Part shown: positions 10,401-18,762 of the stretch, one piece after another
Numbering within the stretch: position 1 is the stretch's first letter
How the letters are laid out: every line of letters begins with the position of its first letter
NCBI GenBank assembly: GCA_965219455.1
Contig: OZ244744.1
Coordinates: 2,912,001 to 2,976,000 of the forward strand
Direction: 5' to 3'
Length of the DNA: 64,000 bases
Source: Candidatus Latescibacterota bacterium
GTDB lineage: Bacteria > Latescibacterota > UBA2968 > GCA-2709665
Position numbers and translations under genes: made by a program
Notes under the pieces: model-generated
What the model was told of the DNA's origin: nothing
The model's input: the letters and a program-made list of their open reading frames with translations, nothing else
Database searches by the model: none

Positions 10401-11157
10401 CCTGGAAATCTACTACGGCGTCCCCATCCTCCCGGCCCACTATCTGCCGGAAGAGGACGTCACGCGGCAGGTTCTGACGCACCATGCGGCGCTCATTTCA
10501 TCCACGCTGGACACGGTCTATCGGCAAACGGACGAAATGACTTACGAAGCCAGGGGAAACCAGGCCGGAGAAGGCCTGATGGCGCCGGATGTCCTGAAGT
10601 TGGACCTGCCGCCCGGCGCCTACCGGCTGGAGGTGAAATCGCACGACCGCCTGAGAGGACGAATGGGCATCTATCAACAGCAGGTCGTCGTGGAGCCCTA
10701 TGGCGAAGATCGACTGCAGATCAGCGACCTGGAACTGGCCTGGCGGGTTGGCGCGGAAAAGACGGACGGCAAGTTTACCAAGGGAGACCTGAACGTCGTC
10801 CCGATGCCTTCGCGAACGTACATAAAGGGCCAGAGCGTGTTCGTCTATTACGAAATCTACAACCTGGGGAAGGACGAATTCGGGCAGACGAACTACAGCG
10901 TATCCTATACGATTACGTCAAAAGACACACCCGGGCGGGCGGGGAACATCTCTCGCCTTTTCCGGTGGGGAACCGGCAGACGCGAGGAACTGGCCGTTAC
11001 GTACGAACAGCAGGGCGCGGCCGTACAGGAGGTCGAATACGTGGAACTCGCGCTGGATGAACAGATTCCGGGTCGATATTCACTAAGGGTTTCCATCAAC
11101 GACGTAAACAGCGGCGACACGGCCGAAAAAGACGTGACATTCGTTATTGCGCCATAG
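7420..11157 (+). CDS. Secreted TolB-like/TPR + GWxTD-domain protein (paralog of 1955..5260)
   Basis: Signal peptide, FAPDG/SPDG/WSADG propeller motifs, TPRs, FWNRKDPDLSTPVNERLLEHYRR, WDVRGDVYIRFGEPD. Confidence 0.85.
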   Translation: MMQWMKNLLIGAFCLLTLLSIVVSARGESLTVRSANDGHPAYVVRRGEGAISLSEIWLVSAKDDKPRKLRAYPGAPGTLHFAPDGEDLVYLERSLRREAWGSYFYGGHSLPITNNKIWKLSLDGGSEEQWPLPGDFQPLEMSPSPDGKSLAIVGYRGSAFAKSDHGLWVAGERGGIRLLFAGNVNGPVDWSADGKVVLYRIEDGQRSIRIHSDTGKTVQTDLKQDMATHGNRDRQATSKALFMAALRNADDADTALGLIGTGLDLYIRGRNALHRGNEANADKLFEQARRAFNRLCDQAAKHGLSRKSCARYIEVCEDWIDADTRMTDRHNCRERLTGMLRLIQEFKRVRNDGEPADLPDLYQWTAKRIIEDTRDGNEQKGRIAILDVLFSCPANLDYTFLSDYLYRHEGLSGAPALVCFWHRGEQIYGVAGRDGDHAEVSSIRAAQVDSLASSGRRAMEADELERARLIFRNVARQRPKEPDAYIHLGHILLKLKRFEESKDAFHRALTLGSKALAHHGLGMLYTTWPMQRHFAIHHFTEALVKDRDFVDARFQMARVRYAMKQRDAELELKRVLKMDPGHAGAYLLIADYYLNLSWEFEKAVVWYTRYLALRPEDAEAQRRLGVAYLKVRDYSKIMGHLLDFVKKHPEAIELMPIVAISAMEQDNPDMAMAFFEDYISKLAPDVRRLYVDITLVASSEELRTYGDAMGPDRAADLKRFWNRKDPDLSTPVNERLLEHYRRVWHALTGFSEGRQPWDVRGDVYIRFGEPDHRSRSDEPNFKQSLKVQRVKERLAYSIYKGDVRAHTFMGPVYPVRSLKQLDGAWYELKDIEIGNANATGPETGEAAGDDHEHTGESCTQCTDTAPPARMDTARIGILPLDESLGFGDYHPVTSGEDLSTVPWETWIYADAAGGIEITFTDEIGSGAYDYAPIPPNQGDISIGETAALSRHAPHSVYRRAARVSPDFYTPRHEAPPLDFHYSLADFRGEGDRSLLEIYYGVPILPAHYLPEEDVTRQVLTHHAALISSTLDTVYRQTDEMTYEARGNQAGEGLMAPDVLKLDLPPGAYRLEVKSHDRLRGRMGIYQQQVVVEPYGEDRLQISDLELAWRVGAEKTDGKFTKGDLNVVPMPSRTYIKGQSVFVYYEIYNLGKDEFGQTNYSVSYTITSKDTPGRAGNISRLFRWGTGRREELAVTYEQQGAAVQEVEYVELALDEQIPGRYSLRVSINDVNSGDTAEKDVTFVIAP

Positions 11158-11215
11158 GGCTGTGGACATCCGCGAGCCCCAATCTTCACCACCCCTACAA
11201 CGTCCCCTATTCCCT

Positions 11216-11408
11216 TGCCCTTTTTCTTGCTTCGCCCAAGAAAAAGGGCGAAAAAGAAGGGCGCCGCTCGGCGCGGGGCCGGTTTTTCCGTGAATCACCT
11301 CACGGGCACGAATGGGAATTGGGTGGCCTTCGAGCCCCTCGATATGCCCAAAGCAACGTTGCTGGACGGATTAACACGGAAAAACCCCCCACGCCGCCAC
11401 CGGGCGGG
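11216..11408. repeat. Family D ~190-bp dispersed hairpin element
   Basis: GGCGCCG.TCGGC.CGGGGCCGGTTTTTCC ... GGAAAAACCCCCCAC frame; also at 32213-32395 (rev), 50200-50302 (rev, truncated), 56061-56249. Confidence 0.75.
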
Positions 11409-11620
11409 CGTGAGGTAGACCGGAAAGGACTACAGTGCGTTCTGGCGTGATTCCGCTATATGGTACTTGCGTGGTTCTGCTCCCCCTCTTCCGGGGGAGA
11501 GGTTCCACCGTTCGCGGGCGTCCATATAATGGCGCTGACGTCAACTGATTCGGTTTTTGATTCAAGCTGACAGCTTACCACTGATAGCTCTGTCTGAGGG
11601 GGCCGGGGGGAGAGGTCGCG

Positions 11621-11775
11621 GACCTACCCCCTAACCCCCTTCCTGAAGGAAGGGGGAACTGTCATCGGTTGAAGACATTTCGATGGATGAAAATATCCAC
11701 GTGCAATATCTCGACGGGCCATTGCCCGGTTTTCCTCCCCCTTTCCTTTAGGAGAGGGGGCCGGGGGGAGAGGTC
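11621..11775. repeat. Family C ~150-bp REPIN/MITE-like element
   Basis: GACCTACCCCCTA.CCCCCTTCCTGAAGGAAGGGGG ... CTCCCCCTTTCCTTTAGGAGAGGGGGCCGGGGGGAGAGGTC; copies at 47777-47927 (rev), 56283-56432, 57867-58017. Confidence 0.8.
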
Positions 11776-11911
11776 CCGCCTTTAGCGGTCGTCCACATAA
11801 TAGCGCTGACGTCAACTGATTCGGTTTTTGATTCAAGCTGATGGCTAATTGCTGATAGCTCTGTCTGAGGGGGCCGGGGGGAGAGGTTACGACGCCCAGG
11901 AAGGATACGAA

Positions 11912-12994
11912 ATGTCCGGTCGAATGGTATCCGCGTTGTTAATCGTCTCGAGCCTTATGGGTTGCGGTGGAAGCGTGCCGACGTCCCCTGAGGTTTCGAG
12001 CGATATGACGGGTTTTGAAGTCGCCGGAAAATTGACGGAAAGGCGGTTCTGGCACGCGTCGGTATTGTTGCAGGACGGCAAGGTTCTGATCACGGGCGGC
12101 GCCGCAACGGAGAGGCCGGGTTATGCGCCTTCGTCCATGTTTCGTGCCAGCACGGAAATATTCGATCCGGCAACGGGGACCTCGAGCAGAGGGGGCAACA
12201 TGTCCTCTGCTCGAACCCGCGACGTGGGAATACGGCTACCGGACGGCCGGGTGCTATTTGGAGGCGCTCAGCAGGCCCCGCCGGAATTTTTCGATCCGAA
12301 TACCGGACGATTCACGCCTGCGCCTTATGACCCCGCATTCGCGAGAATTTCCACGATGACGTTACTGCCCAATGGGAAGATCCTCACCTATTACTCATTG
12401 GGCGTCGCCATCTTCGACCCGAACACGGGGAACTTCACCTTACTTCCGGGGACGGTCGTTATTCGAGGAGGCAATACGGCGACCCGGCTGCGGGATGGGC
12501 GTGTACTCATCGTTGGCGGCGGCAATGCAGAGGGCATGGTTAAGGAATCCGAAATCTACGATCCATCCTCCAATACCCTTACCCGGACAGGCGACCTGAA
12601 ATACGAACGGCGAGGACACAGAGCGATTCTACTTCCGGACGGCAGCGTGTTGATCATTGGCGGGAGCACAGGCGAAGGGGAGTCTGAAGCGTCGGTAACG
12701 GCCGCCGAGCGATATGACCCCGCGACGGGGACGTTCTCATCAGAAGGTGATCCCGGAATCGAACCGGTTTACGCGGCCACGCTGCTGCCATCGGGCAATG
12801 TGTTTATCATCGGACATAGCGGCGAGGTCGTTCTCTACGATCCGGCCACTGGCGCGTTTGGCCCTACCGGAGACAGCATAGGTGAAAACCGCGCCTTATA
12901 TACGACAACGCTCCTTCGCGACGGCCGTGTGCTGATTGTTGGTGGCCTGAAGGACCTCGAGGCAACGGATCATATCCTCATATACAGCCCGTAG
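11912..12994 (+). CDS. Kelch-repeat beta-propeller lipoprotein
   Basis: Lipobox LMGCGG, Kelch motifs, closest to 149..1237 (shared GGLKDL..TD..LIYSP end); ATG 11912 after AGGAAGGA. Confidence 0.9.
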   Translation: MSGRMVSALLIVSSLMGCGGSVPTSPEVSSDMTGFEVAGKLTERRFWHASVLLQDGKVLITGGAATERPGYAPSSMFRASTEIFDPATGTSSRGGNMSSARTRDVGIRLPDGRVLFGGAQQAPPEFFDPNTGRFTPAPYDPAFARISTMTLLPNGKILTYYSLGVAIFDPNTGNFTLLPGTVVIRGGNTATRLRDGRVLIVGGGNAEGMVKESEIYDPSSNTLTRTGDLKYERRGHRAILLPDGSVLIIGGSTGEGESEASVTAAERYDPATGTFSSEGDPGIEPVYAATLLPSGNVFIIGHSGEVVLYDPATGAFGPTGDSIGENRALYTTTLLRDGRVLIVGGLKDLEATDHILIYSP

Positions 12995-13128
12995 CCGTCG
13001 GGGCGGTCGTCGCGAAACTGACGTTAAGCGGGCAGTGTCATTATTCACGATGTACAGGCTTTATCCATCCGGGCGGGTCATCTTATGAAGGACGACCGAC
13101 CGATGTACATTGCGCGAGGTATCGTCCG

Positions 13129-14697
13129 ATGGTAAACATCGGACATACCCCGATTGTCTTTCCGCTACGTCTCTGTCTCTGCGCGTTTTTACCCGTTGTG
13201 TTCGTGTGGAAAGACGTCCCCGTCGCGTCTGAAAGGAAACCGCCGGCCGTACCATTCGAAGGACCCACGAGTACCGACTGGTACGCGGTTTTTTTAACGT
13301 GGGATCAAACATCCGGGGACAATTATCTGGACGGCCGCGATGGAGGGTCGTTCGCCTGGGGTCCTTCGGCCTACGTGCAGAGGATGTACCTGAACCTCTA
13401 CGGGACATTCAAAGAAACCGTCTGGCTGGACAAACTGGTAAGACACATCGATCGCATTCTGATCGCCCGCACTGACGTGCCGCCCTATGAAGTCTACGAT
13501 CCCCGATACGTGGACGGATACAGGGGCTGGGGGCAGAACCGGTACCGCCAGTACAGTCCCGAATACACCGAATGGTTTTCCGACGATGGGTTGATTGTCA
13601 GCCCGATCCTGGCATTTGTGGAGCTGGTCTGGGAGGATCCGTCCTTACACGCAGCCTACAGGGCCAAAGCGGATGATTTCCTGCGCGTTGTGGAAGAGGA
13701 CGTGATTGCCAAGTGGTACGCCAACTGGGCGCCGGACCCGGGGTGGACGGTAGAGGACAACAGCCGCTACGGCGAGGACGCAGGATACCACGTGTACGAA
13801 TGGTCCGGGTGGAAGCACCAACCGCTGAATATGTTTCTGTCGTTTACGGATGCGCTGGTAACGCTCCGTCGCCTGACCAGGTCGCCGTACTACAAGCCGT
13901 ACAAAAAAGGGTTTGTACCGTTTTACGCTGAACAGAGCGAGCAGATGATGCGGTTCTTCCACGATCAACTGCTGTACGATCCGGAAGCGGACGCTTACAC
14001 CTGGAAATACGGTCCCAAGAGCCATTGGCCCGAACTGATGGAGGACGTCGGGCATGCCTTTATCGATATTCAAGTGGCGTTGCAGGGCGTGAAAAGCGGA
14101 CTGGGTTTCGCCCCGAAGGACCTCGAGAGGATGGCCAACACGTTTGTCCACCATGTCTGGAACGGGAGCCTGGAGAAGCCGGAGTTCAGGTACTACTTAG
14201 GCGGCCCTCCAGGTAAGCACGACGCGGAACGGGGCTGGAGGGGGTGGGGTTTTCTCTATCTGGCCGGGTACAACTACCAGATCTGGGAATCGATGGCCGC
14301 GTACTTCGAAAAGGAGGTTTCAGTTCACGACGCACCGGCCCATATTGCCGCAACGGCCGCGATGCTGGGCATATCCATGCAGGCGTACGACAGGTGGGCG
14401 CCTGGCGCACCGCTGCACCTCGAAGTCGTTTGCAGTGGACCGGACGCGCGGATTTCGTGGCGCCGTCCGGAAACCGATGCCGACGGCACGGCGCTTACAG
14501 GGCTTAAAGGGTACATTGTGTACCGGGCCACCGGGCCGGAAGGGCCGTTCGCGCCGCTGAACGAGGCCCCTCTGGACACCACGCGGTATGTGGATCGGGG
14601 TACGGCATCCGGATCTTTTTTCTATCGGATCACCGCCGTGGACTACAGGCGACCTCAGAATGAGGGTCCCCCGTCTGCGACGGTTTCTACGCTATAG
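13129..14697 (+). CDS. Hypothetical exported protein, aromatic-rich helical domain plus C-terminal FN3-like domain
   Basis: N-terminal hydrophobic segment; C-terminal PGAPLHL..ISW..GYIVYRA..YVD..YRITAVD..NEG.PS. Confidence 0.65.
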   Translation: MVNIGHTPIVFPLRLCLCAFLPVVFVWKDVPVASERKPPAVPFEGPTSTDWYAVFLTWDQTSGDNYLDGRDGGSFAWGPSAYVQRMYLNLYGTFKETVWLDKLVRHIDRILIARTDVPPYEVYDPRYVDGYRGWGQNRYRQYSPEYTEWFSDDGLIVSPILAFVELVWEDPSLHAAYRAKADDFLRVVEEDVIAKWYANWAPDPGWTVEDNSRYGEDAGYHVYEWSGWKHQPLNMFLSFTDALVTLRRLTRSPYYKPYKKGFVPFYAEQSEQMMRFFHDQLLYDPEADAYTWKYGPKSHWPELMEDVGHAFIDIQVALQGVKSGLGFAPKDLERMANTFVHHVWNGSLEKPEFRYYLGGPPGKHDAERGWRGWGFLYLAGYNYQIWESMAAYFEKEVSVHDAPAHIAATAAMLGISMQAYDRWAPGAPLHLEVVCSGPDARISWRRPETDADGTALTGLKGYIVYRATGPEGPFAPLNEAPLDTTRYVDRGTASGSFFYRITAVDYRRPQNEGPPSATVSTL

Positions 14698-14733
14698 GGT
14701 GGGCGGCAGTGGTCCACTCCTTTCACGGGAACT

Positions 14734-15072
14734 TTAAGACTTTGTCGGAAGGTCTTCCTTGTCCAGGGCCGCGATGCCAGTCAGCGCAATGGGCGGTCGG
14801 TCCGGGAATTCCGCCACCAGGCGCAATGTACCTCCCATCGCTTCCACGTAGCCACTGAGCGTGGAAAGCAGCAGATCGCTACGCTTTTCGATACGGGATA
14901 CATTCTCCTGGTTGATCCCGAGTTCCTTCGCGACGCGTACTTGCGTCCACTTTCGAGCCCTTCGCAGATCCTGCAGCGACATCTCTTCGGCAATCAGCGC
15001 CCTGGCTCGTTCTTCCACTTTCTTCCTGCGTGCCTCAGGCAGCTTGCCGATTCTCTCGGTGAGTGTCTTCAT
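14734..15072 (-). CDS. XRE-HTH antitoxin (HigA-like)
   Basis: LQDLRRARKWTQVRVAKELGINQENVSRIEKRSDLLLSTL..YVEAMGG; overlaps toxin stop. Confidence 0.9.
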   Translation of the reverse strand: MKTLTERIGKLPEARRKKVEERARALIAEEMSLQDLRRARKWTQVRVAKELGINQENVSRIEKRSDLLLSTLSGYVEAMGGTLRLVAEFPDRPPIALTGIAALDKEDLPTKS

Positions 15073-15437
15073 CTTGACCTCCTGTTAATCTTCAGCTGTT
15101 CCATTTCCATATTGAATCGTCTGTCCGCTTTCCTGATCAGCTGCTTGTAGAAACGGCGTTCGTCTATACCCGACTTGTCACCGGCAGCGAGCAAGACAGC
15201 TTTTCGCTCGGTGTCAAAGGCAAATGCTACCCGCCAAACTCCGCCGCCAGCCGTAAATCGAAGCTCCTTCTTATTGGCGTGTTGCGAACCGTTCAACGTG
15301 TCCGCTCTCGGGCGCCCCAGAAAAGGCCCGAATGTCTCAATAAGCGCGGCTTGTGCAAGCAACTCGTCCTGCACGTCGTTGGACAAGGCGTCGAATTCGC
15401 GGTCGAACGCCGGATGGAACCTTACTTCCCAGTCCAT
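15069..15437 (-). CDS. RelE/ParE-superfamily (Gp49/HigB-like) toxin
   Basis: W.V.F...F..EF..L...GP.LGRP.ADTL.GS.H.N.KELR...WRVAFAFD..RKAVLL.AGDKSG. Confidence 0.9.
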   Translation of the reverse strand: MDWEVRFHPAFDREFDALSNDVQDELLAQAALIETFGPFLGRPRADTLNGSQHANKKELRFTAGGGVWRVAFAFDTERKAVLLAAGDKSGIDERRFYKQLIRKADRRFNMEMEQLKINRRSR

Positions 15438-15640
15438 GTCTCAAAAATATGACTTAAAGATCATATATTGTCAAGTTAATTTCTATTTTGCTGCATTTCA
15501 TGAGCAAATGGCAGGCCATATAGCCAAGTCCGTCAATGTTGCCCCCCAAAGTCCGATTGCGTCATCGTGAAATTATCCTATATTTGCATAAATTATCCCC
15601 ATACAGGCATATATTATCGTGATTATGCATAAAATGGTAC

Positions 15641-15842
15641 CACGGACCGACAGTTTGCGATACGGCTGGCACCTGTCCGCATACTGACAGTCTGTGGTAC
15701 GTCTACCTGAAATACGCGAACCGACGGTTTGTGTTACGAGAGGCTGTTGATCGGGCGTGGCAACGGATGGTTTCGCGGACGTTAGTTCGCAGACTGCAGT
15801 TGGACATGGGGCGTGAGTCCACAAACTAACAGTTTGTGTTAC
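15641..15842. promoter_or_regulatory. Array of imperfect 19-bp palindromes (CRCRAACY-NAC-RGTTTGYG), putative operators
   Basis: Copies starting near 15641, 15678, 15715 (37-bp period) and 15820, upstream of the XRE gene. Confidence 0.5.
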
Positions 15843-15928
15843 AGCATCTTGCGGTTTCTCGGTAAATCAGAAAAAGGATCTCGGTATCTGCCGAGCGTTT
15901 GTCGGCAGCCTTCGGAGGGAGCGTCGTA

Positions 15929-16618
15929 ATGGAAAAACATGATGCATCGGTGTCTGAAATGGTACGCGACGCCGCGCCAGATAAAACCTTCCACGACGAA
16001 TTGGACGGTCATCTTGCAGATTACAATGTGTCCCGGACGCTATGCGCCCTGCGGTGTTCCCAGAATATGACACAGGAGGGACTGGCGAAACGGGCAGGTT
16101 GCACGCAGAGCAAAATCTCGAGAATCGAGAACAGCAGGAACGATCGGCTCAAACTGGACGACCTGGCCATTTACGCGCGGGCATTCAATATGCAAGTTTC
16201 GATTGATTTCGCGCAGGAGTCGTCTACCGCAGACGCCATTGGACGCCTGGCGCGCCAGATCACGAGCGGTCTCGACGAAGTGGCTGAAAGGGTGAAGCAA
16301 GAAGGGGCCGCCGACGAAAGCGCGAAGAAGCCTTACGAAGAATTCCTCTTCAATATGCTGGATCTATTCATGGATAACCTGGAGGGGCTTCGGGCGCGCC
16401 GCAACGGCTCGCCGGATTCGGGAGAGACGACGAGGGCGGGTAACGGCAGACCAGTGGATCCGATGGGTCGGAGCGAAACGTTGGACCGTAGGAGACGAGA
16501 TAACGGCTCTACAGGATTCAGAATATACACGCCAATCGACGTCAATGAAGAGAACGGCAGGTCCGAATCCAGCCCGACCCGTGCGGAAATGGCTTGCCGA
16601 AATTCGGCCGCCGAGTGA
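15929..16618 (+). CDS. XRE-family HTH protein with C-terminal extension
   Basis: LR...NMTQEGLAKRAGCTQSKISRIEN; ATG 15929 after GGAGGGAG. Confidence 0.8.
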   Translation: MEKHDASVSEMVRDAAPDKTFHDELDGHLADYNVSRTLCALRCSQNMTQEGLAKRAGCTQSKISRIENSRNDRLKLDDLAIYARAFNMQVSIDFAQESSTADAIGRLARQITSGLDEVAERVKQEGAADESAKKPYEEFLFNMLDLFMDNLEGLRARRNGSPDSGETTRAGNGRPVDPMGRSETLDRRRRDNGSTGFRIYTPIDVNEENGRSESSPTRAEMACRNSAAE

Positions 16619-16891
16619 AGGCACGTCGACAAGGTCAGCACAGGCAATGACCACGCCCCTATTCGTATTGGGCTGAAAGGGAATCATATACCCGACAAAA
16701 CGCAATTGAAACCTTGAAATATTTCAACGATCCAACCGTCATTAACCTTTTGGAATCAATTAGCCGAAACGATACCTTTACCCTAAAGGTTGTTTTCCAG
16801 TTCGAGCGTGAGCATTGAGTGCCCTGGAATTAATCCAGAATCGAAGAGCATTGTCTCAGTAAACTTCCTTCTACAATCTCGCCATCACCAC

Positions 16892-16929
16892 AAGCCCAGG
16901 CGAGTTGTCCGCCTGGGTTTTAGTTTTAG
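16892..16929 (+). terminator. Intrinsic terminator
   Basis: AAGCCCAGGCG-loop-CGCCTGGGTTT followed by T-rich tail. Confidence 0.6.
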
Positions 16930-17050
16930 CTTCTGAGATCGGATAGTCTTACTCTGGCCCCGGTTTTAACGGCGTTAGTGGCTGTTCGGCCGGCAGGGGG
17001 CGGCTGGCGACGTTTGAGGGTCGGTAGGTAAACAATGAGGGCGGTTCTAA

Positions 17051-18731
17051 CCTGACTAATTCATGAAACTGAACGGAACAGTGTTTTTGGAAATAGAAAG
17101 TGATCTGTAGAAGGGAAAATATCCGAATGACGTGTTGGTGACGCGATGATGAGTAATTTTGGATGTGCCGTCAGCATTGAGGGGTGTCGAGTTCTTTGAT
17201 TTGTGGTTGGAAAGGACAGACGGATGCCTTGGTCTTACTTTGTGGCGATGAGAAAGGGATGGATCGGCCGGCGTGAAACGGCGTTATGGATATGCCTTTG
17301 CCAAATTACAGAGGATGGTGTCATAAAGGTGTTTCAAGGGAAATGATGTTGGCAAATGGAGTTTGATTTTGGTCTTGAGTTCGGACACTCGCCCGGCGAC
17401 TTTGAGAATGCGATTCTGAATGGTATTAAACTGGGCGTGCGTCCACTGGGTAGCCCGGAGTCCTTTTTCGGTAAGGGTATGCATCAAGACATAAGCGGCA
17501 CTATGCAGGAAGAGACGGAAGTGATTGGCTTCGAAGGTGTGGCAGGAGGTACGATCGGAATGGAGGAAGGTTTTGTGATTCTTGATGAAGTTTTCCATCC
17601 TGCCGCGCGCGCTATAGACGGTTTTGTAGATGAATGAGGGCTGGCTACTTTTCAGGTTGGTCACGACAAAGCGTGTATTGGCTTGTCCGGAAGCGGTGAT
17701 TTCAGCTTTGTAGATGATGCGTCTTGGCACGGCCCAGGTATGTGCCTGGTAAGCGAAACAGGTAAATAACTGCACGGGCTGTCCGGTTTCCCGATACTGG
17801 GCCTTTGCCTGCTCGATCAACGCGTGTCCCCGTTGTGCAAGCCTGGCATTGCCCGTCTGTCCCAGCACAAAATACACGTCTTGCTCGTCGCAAAAGTCGT
17901 GGACCTCAGGACAGGAAAAATGGCCATCGCCACGCAAAAAGAGTCGCACGTCCGGCCACGCCTCACGAAGGATTTTCACCAGTCGCTTAAGAATGCTGAC
18001 AATCTGTTTGCCGGTAGGACGGGCGCCCGGACGCAGCAGCGTCGTGATCAGTCTTCCTGTCCGGCCTTCATAAATGTGCAAGGGCATGTAACAGCGTTCA
18101 TCGTAATAGCCATTGAACAACGACAACTGTTGCTTGCCGTGAACCTCGTCATCGGTGTCATCGATATCCAGAACGACCGCGTCGGGAGGCCTATCGTAGG
18201 ACGCGATAAATCCGTCCACAAGGGCCTCGGCAATACGATATAAGTCCCTGCGACGAATCCCGTTTTCCAATCGACTCATCGTGGGTTGGCTGGCCAACGG
18301 CGCCCCTGATATCGGCAACCGATCACAGGCCGCCTTGAACGCAGGGTCCTCGCGCAACGCATTGCAATCGTTCGCATCTTCATACGCGCACGCGATCTGA
18401 AAGACACGCTGGCTGATCAGGTCCATCATCGTGTGATCCACATAACTTGGATGCCGACGGTCCGTTAACGCCTCGACGATCCGAGACAGGATGCCGATTT
18501 TGGACGCCACCTCTCGGAGCAGCATCAACCCGATATCGCTGGTGAGCACACCGCCATCGAAGACGGCTTCTACCGGTTTGCCCGAAACACTTGCGAAAGG
18601 AAGTGCGAGTTGACTATCTTGAACTTCCACGGTAGTTTCCTCCCAGTTCATTGTTGTATGGTTATTCGCCTAACCATAATATAATACAATGACTTGGGTA
18701 AGGAAACTACCTTTTTTGTGAATAATTGGGG
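17051..18731 (-). mobile_element. IS1380-family insertion sequence, 1681 bp
   Basis: Imperfect terminal IRs (CCTGACTAATTCA / CCCCAATTATTCA), 4-bp direct repeat CTAA at 17047-17050 and 18732-18735. Confidence 0.85.
17284..18651 (-). CDS. IS1380-family DDE transposase
   Basis: FDGG.LTSD.G, ASQPT.SRLEN, LDID.TDD..HG.QQ, RGD..F, Y..RG.MEN.IK. Confidence 0.95.
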   Translation of the reverse strand: MNWEETTVEVQDSQLALPFASVSGKPVEAVFDGGVLTSDIGLMLLREVASKIGILSRIVEALTDRRHPSYVDHTMMDLISQRVFQIACAYEDANDCNALREDPAFKAACDRLPISGAPLASQPTMSRLENGIRRRDLYRIAEALVDGFIASYDRPPDAVVLDIDDTDDEVHGKQQLSLFNGYYDERCYMPLHIYEGRTGRLITTLLRPGARPTGKQIVSILKRLVKILREAWPDVRLFLRGDGHFSCPEVHDFCDEQDVYFVLGQTGNARLAQRGHALIEQAKAQYRETGQPVQLFTCFAYQAHTWAVPRRIIYKAEITASGQANTRFVVTNLKSSQPSFIYKTVYSARGRMENFIKNHKTFLHSDRTSCHTFEANHFRLFLHSAAYVLMHTLTEKGLRATQWTHAQFNTIQNRILKVAGRVSELKTKIKLHLPTSFPLKHLYDTILCNLAKAYP

Positions 18732-18762
18732 CTAAAACGGCTTAAAATGACAGGGCCCTTTT

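Noticed and set aside
15637-15842. Canonical CRISPR array or peptide repeat
   Set aside because: Repeats are degenerate, spacers only ~14 bp, and the 37-bp period is not a multiple of 3; kept only as an operator/ncRNA candidate.
16800-16891. Complete tRNA or tmRNA gene
   Set aside because: No TTC T-loop or D/anticodon arms; at most a short 3'-end-like fragment.
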